A stretch of DNA of 64,000 bases. It comes from Anaerolineales bacterium. Lineage in GTDB: Bacteria > Chloroflexota > Anaerolineae > Anaerolineales > E44-bin32. A program made the translations under genes and the position numbers. The stretch covers positions 1,492 to 65,491 of the forward strand of contig JAFGNH010000080.1 in NCBI GenBank assembly GCA_016927115.1, written 5' to 3'. The notes below the pieces were generated by a model, which worked only from the letters and a program-made list of their open reading frames with translations, did no database searches and was not told the DNA's origin. Below are positions 19,229-29,473 of the stretch, in pieces. Every line of letters starts with the position of its first letter. Within the stretch, counting starts at the first letter, position 1.

Positions 19229-20770
19229 ATGCCACTGCTGCTGGGTCTTGATATAGGAACAACCTCTGTAAAGGCTGGTATCTTCTCGGATACCGGTCTG
19301 GAGCATGGCGTTATCCGCGTGGATTATGATTTGCAAACCCCCCTGATTGACCATGTTGAAATCGACGCTGAACTGTATTGGCGGGCTGTGTGTGAGGCAG
19401 TGGGGCGGGTTCTGAATGAGAACACGATTCCGGCGGACGAGGTGCTGGCAATCGCGGTTTCAAGCCAGGGAGAAACCATCATCCCCGTTGACAAGGACGG
19501 ACGACCGCTGTTCCCCGCCCTGGTATGGCTGGATCACCGTGCCCGCAGGGAAGCAGTTATGCTTTCCGAAGCCCTCGGCAGCGAGGTATACCACCGCACC
19601 GGGATTCCGGATATTAACCCTTCCTGGCCTGCCTGTAAAATCCTGTGGTTGAAACGTAATTACACCGCACTCTTCCGATCAACCTATCGTTTCATGCTGG
19701 TTCAGGACTTCATCGTGCAGCGGCTCACCGGCCGCTTCGTCACCGAGGGGTCGATCGCCTGCACCTCCCTGCTTTACGATATCACATCCCATACCTGGTG
19801 GGATGATGCACTGCGGGCAGTCGGCCTGCCGGAAGACAAGCTTCCGGAACTTTCCACACCGGGTGCAGATGCTGGAGTACTGACCCGCCAGTCGGCTGCT
19901 GCACTAGGACTTCCACAGGGTATTCCGGTTGTTCTGGGCGGCATGGACCAGGCCGCTGGCGCTGTCGGAGCCGGTAATATCCATTCAGAGATGGTATCCG
20001 AGACTACCGGAGGCGCCCTCGCAATTCAGGTTACCGTGGAAAACCCCGGGCTTGACCAGACGGGACGCATCCCGGTGTATGTCCACAGTGCCCCGGACCG
20101 CTACCTGTTTGTCCCTGTTTGCGATACCGGTGGGATGGCGCTGAAATGGCTGCGGGACACCTTTCATGCAGAAAAGATGGAAGAGGCGCAGCGGATCGGA
20201 AAAAGCAGCTACGACATACTGACGGAAGCAGCAGCAAAAATCACACCGGGCTGCGACGGGCTGCTGATGCTGCCGCATCTCAGTGGTGCGTTCAGCCCGG
20301 AATATAACCCGGATGCGCGCGGCGTTTTCTTTGGTTTCTCACTATATCATCGGACAGACCATTTCACCCGGGCTGTCCTGGAAGCAGTCGCTTTCATGAT
20401 GAGGCGTAATCTTGAGCTTGTGGCGGTATGCGGGATAAACGCCAGGGAAATCCGCTCGACCGGGGGAGGGGCAGCCAGCAGGCTGTGGCGCCAGATTAAG
20501 GCAGATGTGTGCAATCTTCCTGTGCTGACTCTGCGCAGCCATGATACGGCGCTGCTTGGCGATGCGGTTCTGGCAGCAGCTGCCATCGGCTGCTACGCAA
20601 GTGTAGAGGAGGCTGCTGCTGCGATGGTTCGGACGGAGGACCGCCTGGAACCTATCCCCGCTAACGCGGCCGTATATGAGCAGGCGTACCGGAACTACTG
20701 TCAGCTGAATGATGTTCTTGACCCCGTTTTCCGACAGCAGTACGGCGGGACGGATCATGGTCAGGGGTGA
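19229..20770 (+). CDS. FGGY-family carbohydrate kinase (xylulokinase-like)
   Basis: It has LLGLDIGTTSVKAGIF (phosphate-1), SSQGETIIPVD, and GGGAASRLWRQIKADV in the C-terminal domain. Confidence 0.85.
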   Translation: MPLLLGLDIGTTSVKAGIFSDTGLEHGVIRVDYDLQTPLIDHVEIDAELYWRAVCEAVGRVLNENTIPADEVLAIAVSSQGETIIPVDKDGRPLFPALVWLDHRARREAVMLSEALGSEVYHRTGIPDINPSWPACKILWLKRNYTALFRSTYRFMLVQDFIVQRLTGRFVTEGSIACTSLLYDITSHTWWDDALRAVGLPEDKLPELSTPGADAGVLTRQSAAALGLPQGIPVVLGGMDQAAGAVGAGNIHSEMVSETTGGALAIQVTVENPGLDQTGRIPVYVHSAPDRYLFVPVCDTGGMALKWLRDTFHAEKMEEAQRIGKSSYDILTEAAAKITPGCDGLLMLPHLSGAFSPEYNPDARGVFFGFSLYHRTDHFTRAVLEAVAFMMRRNLELVAVCGINAREIRSTGGGAASRLWRQIKADVCNLPVLTLRSHDTALLGDAVLAAAAIGCYASVEEAAAAMVRTEDRLEPIPANAAVYEQAYRNYCQLNDVLDPVFRQQYGGTDHGQG

Positions 20771-20811
20771 AACCTGATTATTATCGTATACAGCATTTCT
20801 GGAGGAGAAGT

Positions 20812-22203
20812 ATGAGTACCCAACCGAAAATCGGATTATTTGTTACAGCGCTGCTGGAGGATGATTACAACAAAACCGGCCATATGCGCCCGAAAATGAG
20901 TGAAGCTACCGACCGGATCGCCGGTATTCTGGCTCCATACGGTAAGATTGTCAACCCGGGGTTCGTTGAATACGAACCGGATGCAGACCGGGCGGCAAAC
21001 GCTTTTAATTCCGAAAACGTCGATCTGATCATCGCAATCGAGCTCGCGTATCAGAAGGGCATTATCCCGATGCGTACGCTGCTGCGGGTTAATGCGCCGA
21101 TCCTGGTCTGGAATACACAGCAGATCCGCCGTTTGCCGGAAGACGCTGATTTTGACCTGATCATGGAAAACTCGGGAATGGCGGGGCTTCCGGAGCTGAC
21201 CAGTGCACTGCTGCGGAGCGGGAGGCCTTTTGAGCTGCTCACAAGCCACATCAGCGATCCAGCCGGCCTGGCGCAAATCGGGCAGTATGCCCTCGCTGCA
21301 GGTGCCATCCGGCGTTTGGAAAAAATGAGGATTGGGATCATCGGGCATCCGTTTGAGGGGATGACTGATTTGATGGTGGATTACCTCAGCCTGCGTGATC
21401 TCGTTGGCCCTGTGTGCTGGCCGCTGGAACCTGAAAAAGTGGCGGCTGCTGCATCCGGGATGGACAGTAAACGGGTACAGGCTTTCATGGAGCAGCAGAG
21501 TGGACTGTATGATGCCAGCGCCATGCCGCCTGACCTCTTTGACTATTCCGCACGCCTGGCACTTGCTCTGGAAGATGCCGCCCGGGACAATGAATTTGAT
21601 GCACTGGCGACATTTGACCAGATATGGCTGACAGATCCCCGGGTGGGGATTATCCCCAGCTACGGCACCGGTTATCTGTGTTCACAGAAAATTCCGGTTG
21701 CGACCGAAGCGGATGTCACTACTCTGACAGCGATGATGATTCTGCAGGAGCTGGCCGGAGAAGCGACTTTCCTGGAAAACTATGTTATTGATTTCGATGA
21801 GGATGCCATCATCCTTTCCCATGACGGCCACGGTAATCCTGCCATGGCAGCTGATCCCAAACAGGTGCGCATCAAGCCCAGTATTTACTATGAAGGTGTC
21901 AACGGCCGGGGTGCCGGGTTTGAGTTTGCCTATGCTCCCGGCGATGTCACCATCCTGTCCCTGATCCCTCTGGACGGTGATTGGCGTCTGATTGTTGCCG
22001 AAGGAGAATCCCTTCCGATAACCCCGCGGCCGGTAGCGGCACCCCAGATGTTGTTCCGCTATAACCATGGAACCATCACAGAATTCTGTGATGAGTGGCT
22101 GCTGGCGGGATCACCGCATCATATGGCACTGGCGTATGGGCACCACGCCGAACTGGTACAGAAGCTGGGGCGGTTGCTTGGTATCGAAGTCGTATCGTTG
22201 TGA
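20812..22203 (+). CDS. L-fucose/L-arabinose isomerase family protein
   Basis: ATG at 20812 with GGAGGAG upstream. It has the IGLF N-terminal Rossmann-like domain and the C-terminal segment HHMALAYGHHAELVQKLGRLLGIEV typical of this sugar isomerase family. Confidence 0.7.
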   Translation: MSTQPKIGLFVTALLEDDYNKTGHMRPKMSEATDRIAGILAPYGKIVNPGFVEYEPDADRAANAFNSENVDLIIAIELAYQKGIIPMRTLLRVNAPILVWNTQQIRRLPEDADFDLIMENSGMAGLPELTSALLRSGRPFELLTSHISDPAGLAQIGQYALAAGAIRRLEKMRIGIIGHPFEGMTDLMVDYLSLRDLVGPVCWPLEPEKVAAAASGMDSKRVQAFMEQQSGLYDASAMPPDLFDYSARLALALEDAARDNEFDALATFDQIWLTDPRVGIIPSYGTGYLCSQKIPVATEADVTTLTAMMILQELAGEATFLENYVIDFDEDAIILSHDGHGNPAMAADPKQVRIKPSIYYEGVNGRGAGFEFAYAPGDVTILSLIPLDGDWRLIVAEGESLPITPRPVAAPQMLFRYNHGTITEFCDEWLLAGSPHHMALAYGHHAELVQKLGRLLGIEVVSL

Positions 22204-22302
22204 GACTCTGAAAGGGATCCGGCATAGAGCGGCAGCGGATTTCTTTCCGCTGCCTTTGAGCCGGATCCGGATGGTCCAATCGGCACGGGTGGAACTGCAA
22301 AT

Positions 22303-23787
22303 ATGATCAGCATCAACGGCCGTGATATTGTGCTGGATGAAAATGAGGGCCTGCTCCCATGGACGGATTATGACCATGTGATCTGGCTGGCGATGAATTT
22401 CATCCGAACCTGCCCGGTAGAACCGCGCTCCGATCTGCCCTGGTATCTGGTGTACTCCTGCTTCTGGACTGATCCGCTGCGGCCGGCAATCTGGCCGGAT
22501 AATCCAGCTGGAAAGTTCGCAATGGCGGTGGAGACACTCCAGCGCTACTATCCCTATAGTGGTGAAACCTGGTTCATTGATGTCGTTCGCTCGATGTTGA
22601 ACAGGCTGGCGGTGTACAGCACTCCAGCGGAAGCAGACTGGCCGTTACTCCCCTATGCATCCGCTGAACCAGTTTTCGGTAACTATTTCGGTGCCAGAGC
22701 TGATGGGCATTATGTGATCGAACCGGACAAAGTGGCGCAGGCCGGGCTCGCATACCTCACTTTCTTCAAGATGACCGGTGAGAGCAGGTACATGGAACTG
22801 TCCGTGCAGTGTGCCGGACTTCTGGCACGTAAAATCCGGGCCGGAGATGAAAGTCACTCCCCTTGGCCGTTCCGTGTGTTTGCTTTTTCCGGTGAAGTTG
22901 TAGAGGAATACAGCAGTCAAGTGATCGCAGCGATCAAACTGTTCGATCAACTGATTGATCTCCAGGTTGAGTCAGCCGCAAAGTATGAGGAAGCCCGCCA
23001 GATTGCATGGAGGTGGCTGCTGCACTTTCCGCTGCGGAACAACTGCTGGAAAGGGTACTTCGAAGATATACGCCTGGATCCACAGAACATCAACCGCGAT
23101 CAGTACAGCGCACTGGAAACAGCACGCTATCTCCTTCAACATCCGGATCGGGATCCAAACTGGGCGGAACACGCCGGGAACCTGCTGCGCTGGGTGCAAG
23201 AGGAACTCGGTGCGGATCCGTTTTATAAAGCTATGGTAATCCATGAACAGAAATACTGCTTCCATGTGATGGGCAGCCACACGGCGCGCTATGCATCTGT
23301 TTGCGCGCTGTACAGCAGCCTTACCGGAGACAGAACCTGGGCCGATCAGGCACGACTTTCCTTTAACTGGGCAACTTATATGGCTGATGAAAATGGCTGG
23401 GTCCGGGTTGGAATCGATCCGCCTGATTATTACAATCAGTGCTGGTTTACCGACGGCTACTTTGATTATGTACCTCATTTCCTGGATGGGATGGCTTCTC
23501 TGCCCGATCTTGCACCGGAATCCACTGACCATCTACTCAGCACCACTTCAGTGATAAAGCAGATTTCGTACAGCCCCGGAGGGATCAGATACAGCACTTT
23601 TGATCCATCAGCGCAGGAGCTCTTGAAAGTAACATTCCGCCCATCGCAGGTCAGGTGTAAAAACCAACCATTGTCCCGTAAGGATGCAGAGGATAAGGGA
23701 GAAGGCTGGTGCTTCCAGGAGGAGAAGAGGCTTCTTACAATCACACACATTGATTCAGACGTTGAAATCCTGGGAGAAAAGGGATGA
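22303..23787 (+). CDS. Hypothetical cytoplasmic protein, possibly an (alpha/alpha)6-barrel glycoside hydrolase/lyase-like protein
   Basis: 494 aa with no signal peptide. It is Trp/Tyr-rich with repeated helical-hairpin-like segments. It is embedded between the isomerase and the ABC importer genes. I recognised no family signature. Confidence 0.35.
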   Translation: MISINGRDIVLDENEGLLPWTDYDHVIWLAMNFIRTCPVEPRSDLPWYLVYSCFWTDPLRPAIWPDNPAGKFAMAVETLQRYYPYSGETWFIDVVRSMLNRLAVYSTPAEADWPLLPYASAEPVFGNYFGARADGHYVIEPDKVAQAGLAYLTFFKMTGESRYMELSVQCAGLLARKIRAGDESHSPWPFRVFAFSGEVVEEYSSQVIAAIKLFDQLIDLQVESAAKYEEARQIAWRWLLHFPLRNNCWKGYFEDIRLDPQNINRDQYSALETARYLLQHPDRDPNWAEHAGNLLRWVQEELGADPFYKAMVIHEQKYCFHVMGSHTARYASVCALYSSLTGDRTWADQARLSFNWATYMADENGWVRVGIDPPDYYNQCWFTDGYFDYVPHFLDGMASLPDLAPESTDHLLSTTSVIKQISYSPGGIRYSTFDPSAQELLKVTFRPSQVRCKNQPLSRKDAEDKGEGWCFQEEKRLLTITHIDSDVEILGEKG

Positions 23788-23790
23788 AGT

Positions 23791-24669
23791 ATGCAGAAAC
23801 AATCTGGAACTGATCAGATCAGGCGTAAAGGGAAACTGGTGGCGGATTGGCTTCCGCTGCTGCCGTTTCTGCTGTTGTGCCTGGCAATCATGATACTGCC
23901 TTTATTTTTTATGCTGCATGGCAGTTTTACCGATGCCGAGAACAGGTTCACGCTGGAACACTACGCCAAGATGGGGGCTTCCATCTATGCCCTGTCGTTC
24001 CGCAACAGCATCCTACTGTCCGGTGTTACCGCAATATTAGGAGTCCTTTTTGGATCCTTTATTGGCTATTTTATCTGCCAGCTTCCGAGCAAACGGGCTC
24101 AGGAGCTGGTGGCTGCCCTGTGTGATGTTACTTCGAATTTTTCCGGTGCGCCGCTGGCCTTCGCTTTTATCGTTATTCTGGGGAGCAACGGCGTTATAAC
24201 CATGACTCTGCAGCAGTACCTCGGATGGAAACTGTACCCGGCTTTCAGTATCTATTCCTTCTGGGGCCTGGTAATGGCATACACCTATTTCCAGCTTCCG
24301 CTGATGGTCCTGCTGATCATTCCGGCAATTGCTGGATTGAAGCGTGAATGGTATGAGGCGGCTTCCGGGTTGGGAGCGACGTCGTTCCAGTACTGGCGTT
24401 ATGTAGGCCTGCCGGTACTGACGCCTGCGCTTTTGGCCGGGCTGCTGCTTCTGTTCGCCAATGCCTTTGGCGCCTATGCAACCGCCTACACCCTGACTCA
24501 AGCCCGTTTCTCACTGGTTACACTACAACTGGGATTCCTGCTGACCGGCGAGGTGTTCCGCGACCCCGGCGCAGGCGATGCCATGGGTATTCTCACCCTG
24601 CTGTTGATGGGTCTGTCCATCCTTCTGTATCAGGTGGCATCTCGGAAAGGAAGGCGGTGGCAGCAGTGA
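23791..24669 (+). CDS. ABC transporter permease (PotB-like)
   Basis: 292 aa with 6 TM helices. The EAA-type loop is EAASGLGATSFQYWRYVGLP. Confidence 0.85.
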   Translation: MQKQSGTDQIRRKGKLVADWLPLLPFLLLCLAIMILPLFFMLHGSFTDAENRFTLEHYAKMGASIYALSFRNSILLSGVTAILGVLFGSFIGYFICQLPSKRAQELVAALCDVTSNFSGAPLAFAFIVILGSNGVITMTLQQYLGWKLYPAFSIYSFWGLVMAYTYFQLPLMVLLIIPAIAGLKREWYEAASGLGATSFQYWRYVGLPVLTPALLAGLLLLFANAFGAYATAYTLTQARFSLVTLQLGFLLTGEVFRDPGAGDAMGILTLLLMGLSILLYQVASRKGRRWQQ

Positions 24670-25511
24670 AGAAGAAGAGCTTCCTCCCGGGATTCGTGAT
24701 CGGTGGTTTTCTTTTTTACATGCTGCTGCCGATTGTTGCGACCTATGCATTTTCCATCGCAGTACGCTGGGACCGTTCCATTCTGCCGGAAGGATTAACC
24801 CTGGAGTGGTACAAGGTTGCCTTTGAGGATAAGTGGTTTCTGATCGTGTTCAAGAATTCCCTTGTCCTTTCTCTGAGCACAGTCCTGGTCAGTACGTTCC
24901 TGATTGTACCCACTGCCTACTGGGTGCATCTGCGTGTACCGAAGGCGAAGCCGTTGATGGATCTTCTCAGCACACTTCCCTTTGCCATTCCGGGTGTGGT
25001 GCTGTCTCTGGGATTGATCAGGTTGTATGCTCAACCACCGCTGATGCTGGCCCGCACCCCATACATGCTGGTTGCTGCCTATGTGATATTCACGATGCCG
25101 TTCATGTATCGCCCGGTAGTCAACAGCATCGAGGCGGTGAATATCCGGGTGTTGACGGAAGCCGCACAGAGTCTCGGGGCGTCATGGTTTCGCATCCTGT
25201 TCCAGGTAATCCTGCCGAATATTATGCCGGGCATTCTCAGTGGTGGGCTTCTTGTGTTTGCAACCATTTTCGGAGAGTTCACCATCGCCACGTTTCTGGT
25301 TGGTGCAAGGTACAAGACGTTTCCCATGCAGCTGGTGTACTTCACCCGGCGTGACGGCCGGATAGCCGCAGCCTATTCTGTGATCAGTTTCACCATTGCA
25401 TGGGCCAGCTCGCTGGTCATTCTGTGGGTTGCAGCCTGGGGTGCGAAACGGGCCGGCTCAGGGAGCATCCAGGCGTCAAAAAACATTATTGAATCAGCTC
25501 CAGGAGACTGA
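24657..25511 (+). CDS. ABC transporter permease (PotC-like)
   Basis: 284 aa with 6 TM helices. The EAA loop is EAAQSLGASWFRILFQVILP. It overlaps the upstream stop. Confidence 0.85.
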   Translation: MAAVKKKSFLPGFVIGGFLFYMLLPIVATYAFSIAVRWDRSILPEGLTLEWYKVAFEDKWFLIVFKNSLVLSLSTVLVSTFLIVPTAYWVHLRVPKAKPLMDLLSTLPFAIPGVVLSLGLIRLYAQPPLMLARTPYMLVAAYVIFTMPFMYRPVVNSIEAVNIRVLTEAAQSLGASWFRILFQVILPNIMPGILSGGLLVFATIFGEFTIATFLVGARYKTFPMQLVYFTRRDGRIAAAYSVISFTIAWASSLVILWVAAWGAKRAGSGSIQASKNIIESAPGD

Positions 25512-25512
25512 G

Positions 25513-26586
25513 ATGAGCTATCTTGAATTAAGGAATCTTGAAAAAAGTTTTGATGGGATCAACGCAGTGCGCGATTTTAACCTCGAGGTGAAGAAAGGGG
25601 AATTTATCTCGCTGCTGGGCCCTTCTGGTTGTGGAAAAACGACCACACTGCGTATGGTTGCCGGGTTTGAGCTGCCGGATTTTGGGAGCATTGTAGTAGA
25701 TGGCGAGGATATCACCATGGTCCCTTCCAACCAACGCGGCATGGGAATGGTGTTTCAGTCTTATGCATTGTTTCCCAATATGACTGCATGGGACAACATT
25801 GCTTTCGGGTTGAGAGTGGCACGCCAGCCGGCAGCAGAAATTCAAGATCGGGTGGCCAGGATTCTGGATCTGGTCGGGTTGAGTGAGAGCGGCTCCAAGT
25901 ATTCAAATGAGCTCAGCGGTGGGCAGCAGCAGCGGGTTGCCCTGGCACGAGCGCTGGCAATTGAACCACGCGTGCTGCTGCTGGATGAACCGCTCAGTGC
26001 ACTCGATGCAGTGGTGCGGGTATCACTGCGGTCCGAAATCCGCCGCATCCAGTCAACATTGGGCATTACCACAATCTATGTGACCCATGATCAGGAAGAA
26101 GCGCTTTCAATTTCAGACCGGGTAGTGGTGATGCGCAAGGCAGTTATTGAGCAGGTAGGCACGCCGGAAGAAATCTACATCCAGCCGGATACGCACTTCG
26201 TGGCTACCTTTGTTGGGACTGTTAACGAATTTTTCGCGGTGCTCAAGGATGCCGGTAGTGGGCTGGCGGTGGGTTCCTCCAATACGGTAATCCATACCAA
26301 CCCTGTATCTGGCACATTCCGCAATGGTGATCAGGTAGTGGTTTATGTACGGCCTGAAGAAATCCATGTAAGCACAAAAGGTTTAGCCGTGCATGCTGAC
26401 AATCAGTTCACAGCAGTTGTGCGCGAGATTACGCTGCTTGGTCCCGTCACTCGTCTGATCCTTGAAATGAACGGTTTTCTTGTGACGGCGGATATCAAAA
26501 CAGTGGACCGGAACCGTTATGTGATAAATGAACCGGTCAGTATCTCGTTCAATCGAAGTGCCTGCCGGGTAATGCCTGCCGGGTAA
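25513..26586 (+). CDS. ABC transporter ATP-binding protein (PotA/MalK-like, C-terminal TOBE-type domain)
   Basis: ATG at 25513 (MSYLELRNLEKSF). It has Walker A GPSGCGKTT, the signature LSGGQQQRV, Walker B LLLDEPLS and the H-loop VTHD. Confidence 0.9.
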   Translation: MSYLELRNLEKSFDGINAVRDFNLEVKKGEFISLLGPSGCGKTTTLRMVAGFELPDFGSIVVDGEDITMVPSNQRGMGMVFQSYALFPNMTAWDNIAFGLRVARQPAAEIQDRVARILDLVGLSESGSKYSNELSGGQQQRVALARALAIEPRVLLLDEPLSALDAVVRVSLRSEIRRIQSTLGITTIYVTHDQEEALSISDRVVVMRKAVIEQVGTPEEIYIQPDTHFVATFVGTVNEFFAVLKDAGSGLAVGSSNTVIHTNPVSGTFRNGDQVVVYVRPEEIHVSTKGLAVHADNQFTAVVREITLLGPVTRLILEMNGFLVTADIKTVDRNRYVINEPVSISFNRSACRVMPAG

Positions 26587-26751
26587 TGCCTGCCGGAGAC
26601 ATACGGCTGGCCCAGCAGTAAACCAGGAGTCTGCAGGCACACGATTCCTGAAAGGAGGCGTACGGAAGGAAAATACGAAGGAACCTGTAAGTAGAGATCC
26701 TGCAGGAGAAGGCTGCATAACTTAAATGAACATGATCGAGAGGAGATCAAG

Positions 26752-27903
26752 ATGGACCGACGATTGTTCTTCTATGTATTACTGATAGTGGCACTGCTGC
26801 TGACAGCTTCCGGCTGCCAGCAGGCGACCCCGGAACCTGAAGAGGCGGCACCTGTTGAAGAGGAAGCTCCTGCTCAGGAAGAAGCGGCACCCGAAGAAGC
26901 TGCTCCGGTAGAACCTGCTGAAGAAGAGGTGGACCCGATGGCGGCGCTGCTTGAAGCAGCTCTGGCCGAGGGAGAGATTGTCAGCTATGGCCTCCCGGAT
27001 GACTGGGTGAATTACGGCGGCATGTGGGAGCTGTTTGAAAGCCTTTATGGCATTCCCCATCTGGATACAGATATGGGCAGCGGTGAGATTATTGCCGCGC
27101 TGCAGGCCGAGGCGGGCGCAGGCGTTGCTGATATCACGGATCTGGGCGTGAACTTCGCTGCTCAGGTTGTGGAGGAAGGGTTGTCTCAGCCGTACAAGCA
27201 TGCCTATTGGGATGAACTGCCGGAATATGCCCGCGATGCTGATGGTTATTGGTCAGCGGCGTACTGGGGCGCGATCGGTATTTGTGTCAATACCGATCTG
27301 GTTGAAAATGTACCGACCAGTTGGGCGGATCTGCTTGACCCGCAGTATCAGGGCATGGTATCGATGAAGGATCCTCGCTCTTCCGGTACGGCCAACTCCG
27401 TGGTTCTTGCCGCTGCATTCGGCAATGGTGGTGATGAGACCAATGTGCAGCCGGGGCTGGACTACTTCGCACAGATGATCGAGATGGGGCAGCTGAATGC
27501 AGTATCACCCAGTACATCGGCGATCCAGGCTGGCGAAGCTCCGATCGCACTGTTCTGGGATTTTGACTGCCTGAGCAAAGCTGATGAACTGGGTATGCCG
27601 CTGCAGCTGGTTATTCCAAGTGATGGAACGGTTGCCGGATTATACACTCAGTTTGTAACCGCTGATGCTCCGCATCCCAATGCAGCAAAATTGTTGCTTG
27701 AATTGGAATTCTCCGATGAAGGCCAGCTTGCTTATGCTCAGGGTTTCACCCATCCAATCCGGGATATTGAACTCCCGGCGGAGCTGGCGGCAAAATTCCC
27801 GCCGGCTGAGGCATATGAAAGCGTTAGCTTCCCGCAGAATTTCGGATTGTTGACAGCAGCTGCGGAAGCAATTGCAGAAGGATGGGAGGGCATAGCCCAG
27901 TAA
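26752..27903 (+). CDS. ABC transporter substrate-binding lipoprotein (PotD/family-1-like)
   Basis: Signal peptide plus lipobox LLLTASGC, an acidic Pro/Glu/Ala-rich linker, then a periplasmic-binding-protein-like domain. It is the last gene of the transporter block. Confidence 0.8.
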   Translation: MDRRLFFYVLLIVALLLTASGCQQATPEPEEAAPVEEEAPAQEEAAPEEAAPVEPAEEEVDPMAALLEAALAEGEIVSYGLPDDWVNYGGMWELFESLYGIPHLDTDMGSGEIIAALQAEAGAGVADITDLGVNFAAQVVEEGLSQPYKHAYWDELPEYARDADGYWSAAYWGAIGICVNTDLVENVPTSWADLLDPQYQGMVSMKDPRSSGTANSVVLAAAFGNGGDETNVQPGLDYFAQMIEMGQLNAVSPSTSAIQAGEAPIALFWDFDCLSKADELGMPLQLVIPSDGTVAGLYTQFVTADAPHPNAAKLLLELEFSDEGQLAYAQGFTHPIRDIELPAELAAKFPPAEAYESVSFPQNFGLLTAAAEAIAEGWEGIAQ

Positions 27904-28235
27904 TCCTTCTCACTTCTGAGACTGATATTCCTGGCATGGTGGTGATCGATACCTCCATGCCAGGACCAACCCGGCAACCGTGACCGTCATTATACTATTG
28001 ATGGATCGCAGGGTGATTTACTACTGGAGACCTGGCAGCATACGGTTGAGAAGAACCGATATTTTTGGTAAAGTACAGGTTCAAAACCGAAATTATCGAA
28101 AGAGAATCCGGACTTCAGAATAACAGAACGGGCTGTCAGGAAAATATGCTTTGCAAACGAGGCCGGTGATGTTGGGCGACTGCCTCTCCCTTGCCGGAAG
28201 TTTGCACAGCTGGAAACTGAAAAACGGGTGGAGCT

Positions 28236-29030
28236 TTGAACGATCAATTATCAGCGCGTGAACGACGTGACCTGATCGCACGGCATGTCCATGAACGCCG
28301 CCGGGTTCAGGTTACAGAATTAATGGAAGAATTCGGTCTGACGGATACCTCCATTCGCCGGGATCTTACCATCCTGGAAGATAAAGGGCTCATCCGCCGG
28401 GTTCATGGCGGTGCTGTTTCCACCAATGAAGGCCTGCATAGTTCTGTTCTGGAAGACCGTATTTTGCAGCATGGGCTCGAAAAACGCAAAATCGGAGCTG
28501 CCGCTGCACAGTATATTCTGCCTCACGAGGTAATTTTCCTGGACACAGGCTCAACGGTACTGCACGTGGCGCGCAGTATTCCGGATTCAATCAAACAGCT
28601 TGGTTCACTGCGGATTGTCACCAATTCAACTTTACTTCTGGATGAAATCGGGATGTGGGCAACCCCCAATCTGATCCTGCTAGGCGGAATTTTCCTTCCA
28701 GATCACTGGGCGACTGTGGGCCCGGAAGTTCTGGATGCTCTAAAGCAGTATTCGGCACACCATGCTTTCCTCAGCTGTGATGGGTTGACACTGGAGGGCG
28801 GGATTACAACTGCTCACCCGCTCATCGCCCAGGCCGAGCGGGAAATGGCAAACCGCTCCGAGCAAGTTATTGTTCTCGCCGACCACAGCAAGCTTGGCCG
28901 ATCCGGTTTTGTTCCTATCATGCCCGTATCAGAAATTGATATTCTCATTACTGATTCCGGGGCATCTGAAGAGATGGTTGCTGAACTGTGTGGCAGGGGG
29001 GTTGAGGTTGTTGTTGTCCCGATGGGATGA
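28236..29030 (+). CDS. DeoR-family transcriptional regulator
   Basis: The N-terminal HTH is VQVTELMEEFGLTDTSIRRDLTILEDKGLIRRVHGGA. The C-terminal half is a DeoR sugar-phosphate-binding domain. It has a TTG start. Confidence 0.85.
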   Translation: MNDQLSARERRDLIARHVHERRRVQVTELMEEFGLTDTSIRRDLTILEDKGLIRRVHGGAVSTNEGLHSSVLEDRILQHGLEKRKIGAAAAQYILPHEVIFLDTGSTVLHVARSIPDSIKQLGSLRIVTNSTLLLDEIGMWATPNLILLGGIFLPDHWATVGPEVLDALKQYSAHHAFLSCDGLTLEGGITTAHPLIAQAEREMANRSEQVIVLADHSKLGRSGFVPIMPVSEIDILITDSGASEEMVAELCGRGVEVVVVPMG

Positions 29031-29473
29031 AATCAGTTCCAGATAATGTACAGCAGCAGTTTGCTTCCATCTTTCCTTCAGCCTGCCAGGGGATACGGGT
29101 TCTGCAACTGCTGCGGAAATAGTATCCCAACCCCAAAGCCGGGCGAGCAGGGTAAAGATGAATTTATCAGATCACCCCTGGGGGACTTTTTCCTCTGAGC
29201 TTTCAGCGGCACGGCAAACTTTCACACCAGCAGTCCCGCCATATTAACAATACGTTTTCTGTATCCTTCGTCAGGCCGGTATTCGGCTATTTTTTTCCCC
29301 TGGATTTCCTTCTGGAATTTTTTGTGAATACGGTGTTTGCGGACACTATTTCGCAGTTTGATAATGGGGGATAATTATTCTTTTTCGACCCTGGAGGAGA
29401 ATTCTCCAGACAATCTGCTGTATGATGTCAGGTAAAGTGTGGGTACATGTGAGCTTTTGAATAAGGAGGGTAG

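Noticed and set aside
25396-25512. ORF-track start of the ABC ATPase 39 codons upstream
   Set aside because: That stretch overlaps the permease gene. MSYLELRNLEKSF at 25513 is the canonical ABC ATPase N-terminus.
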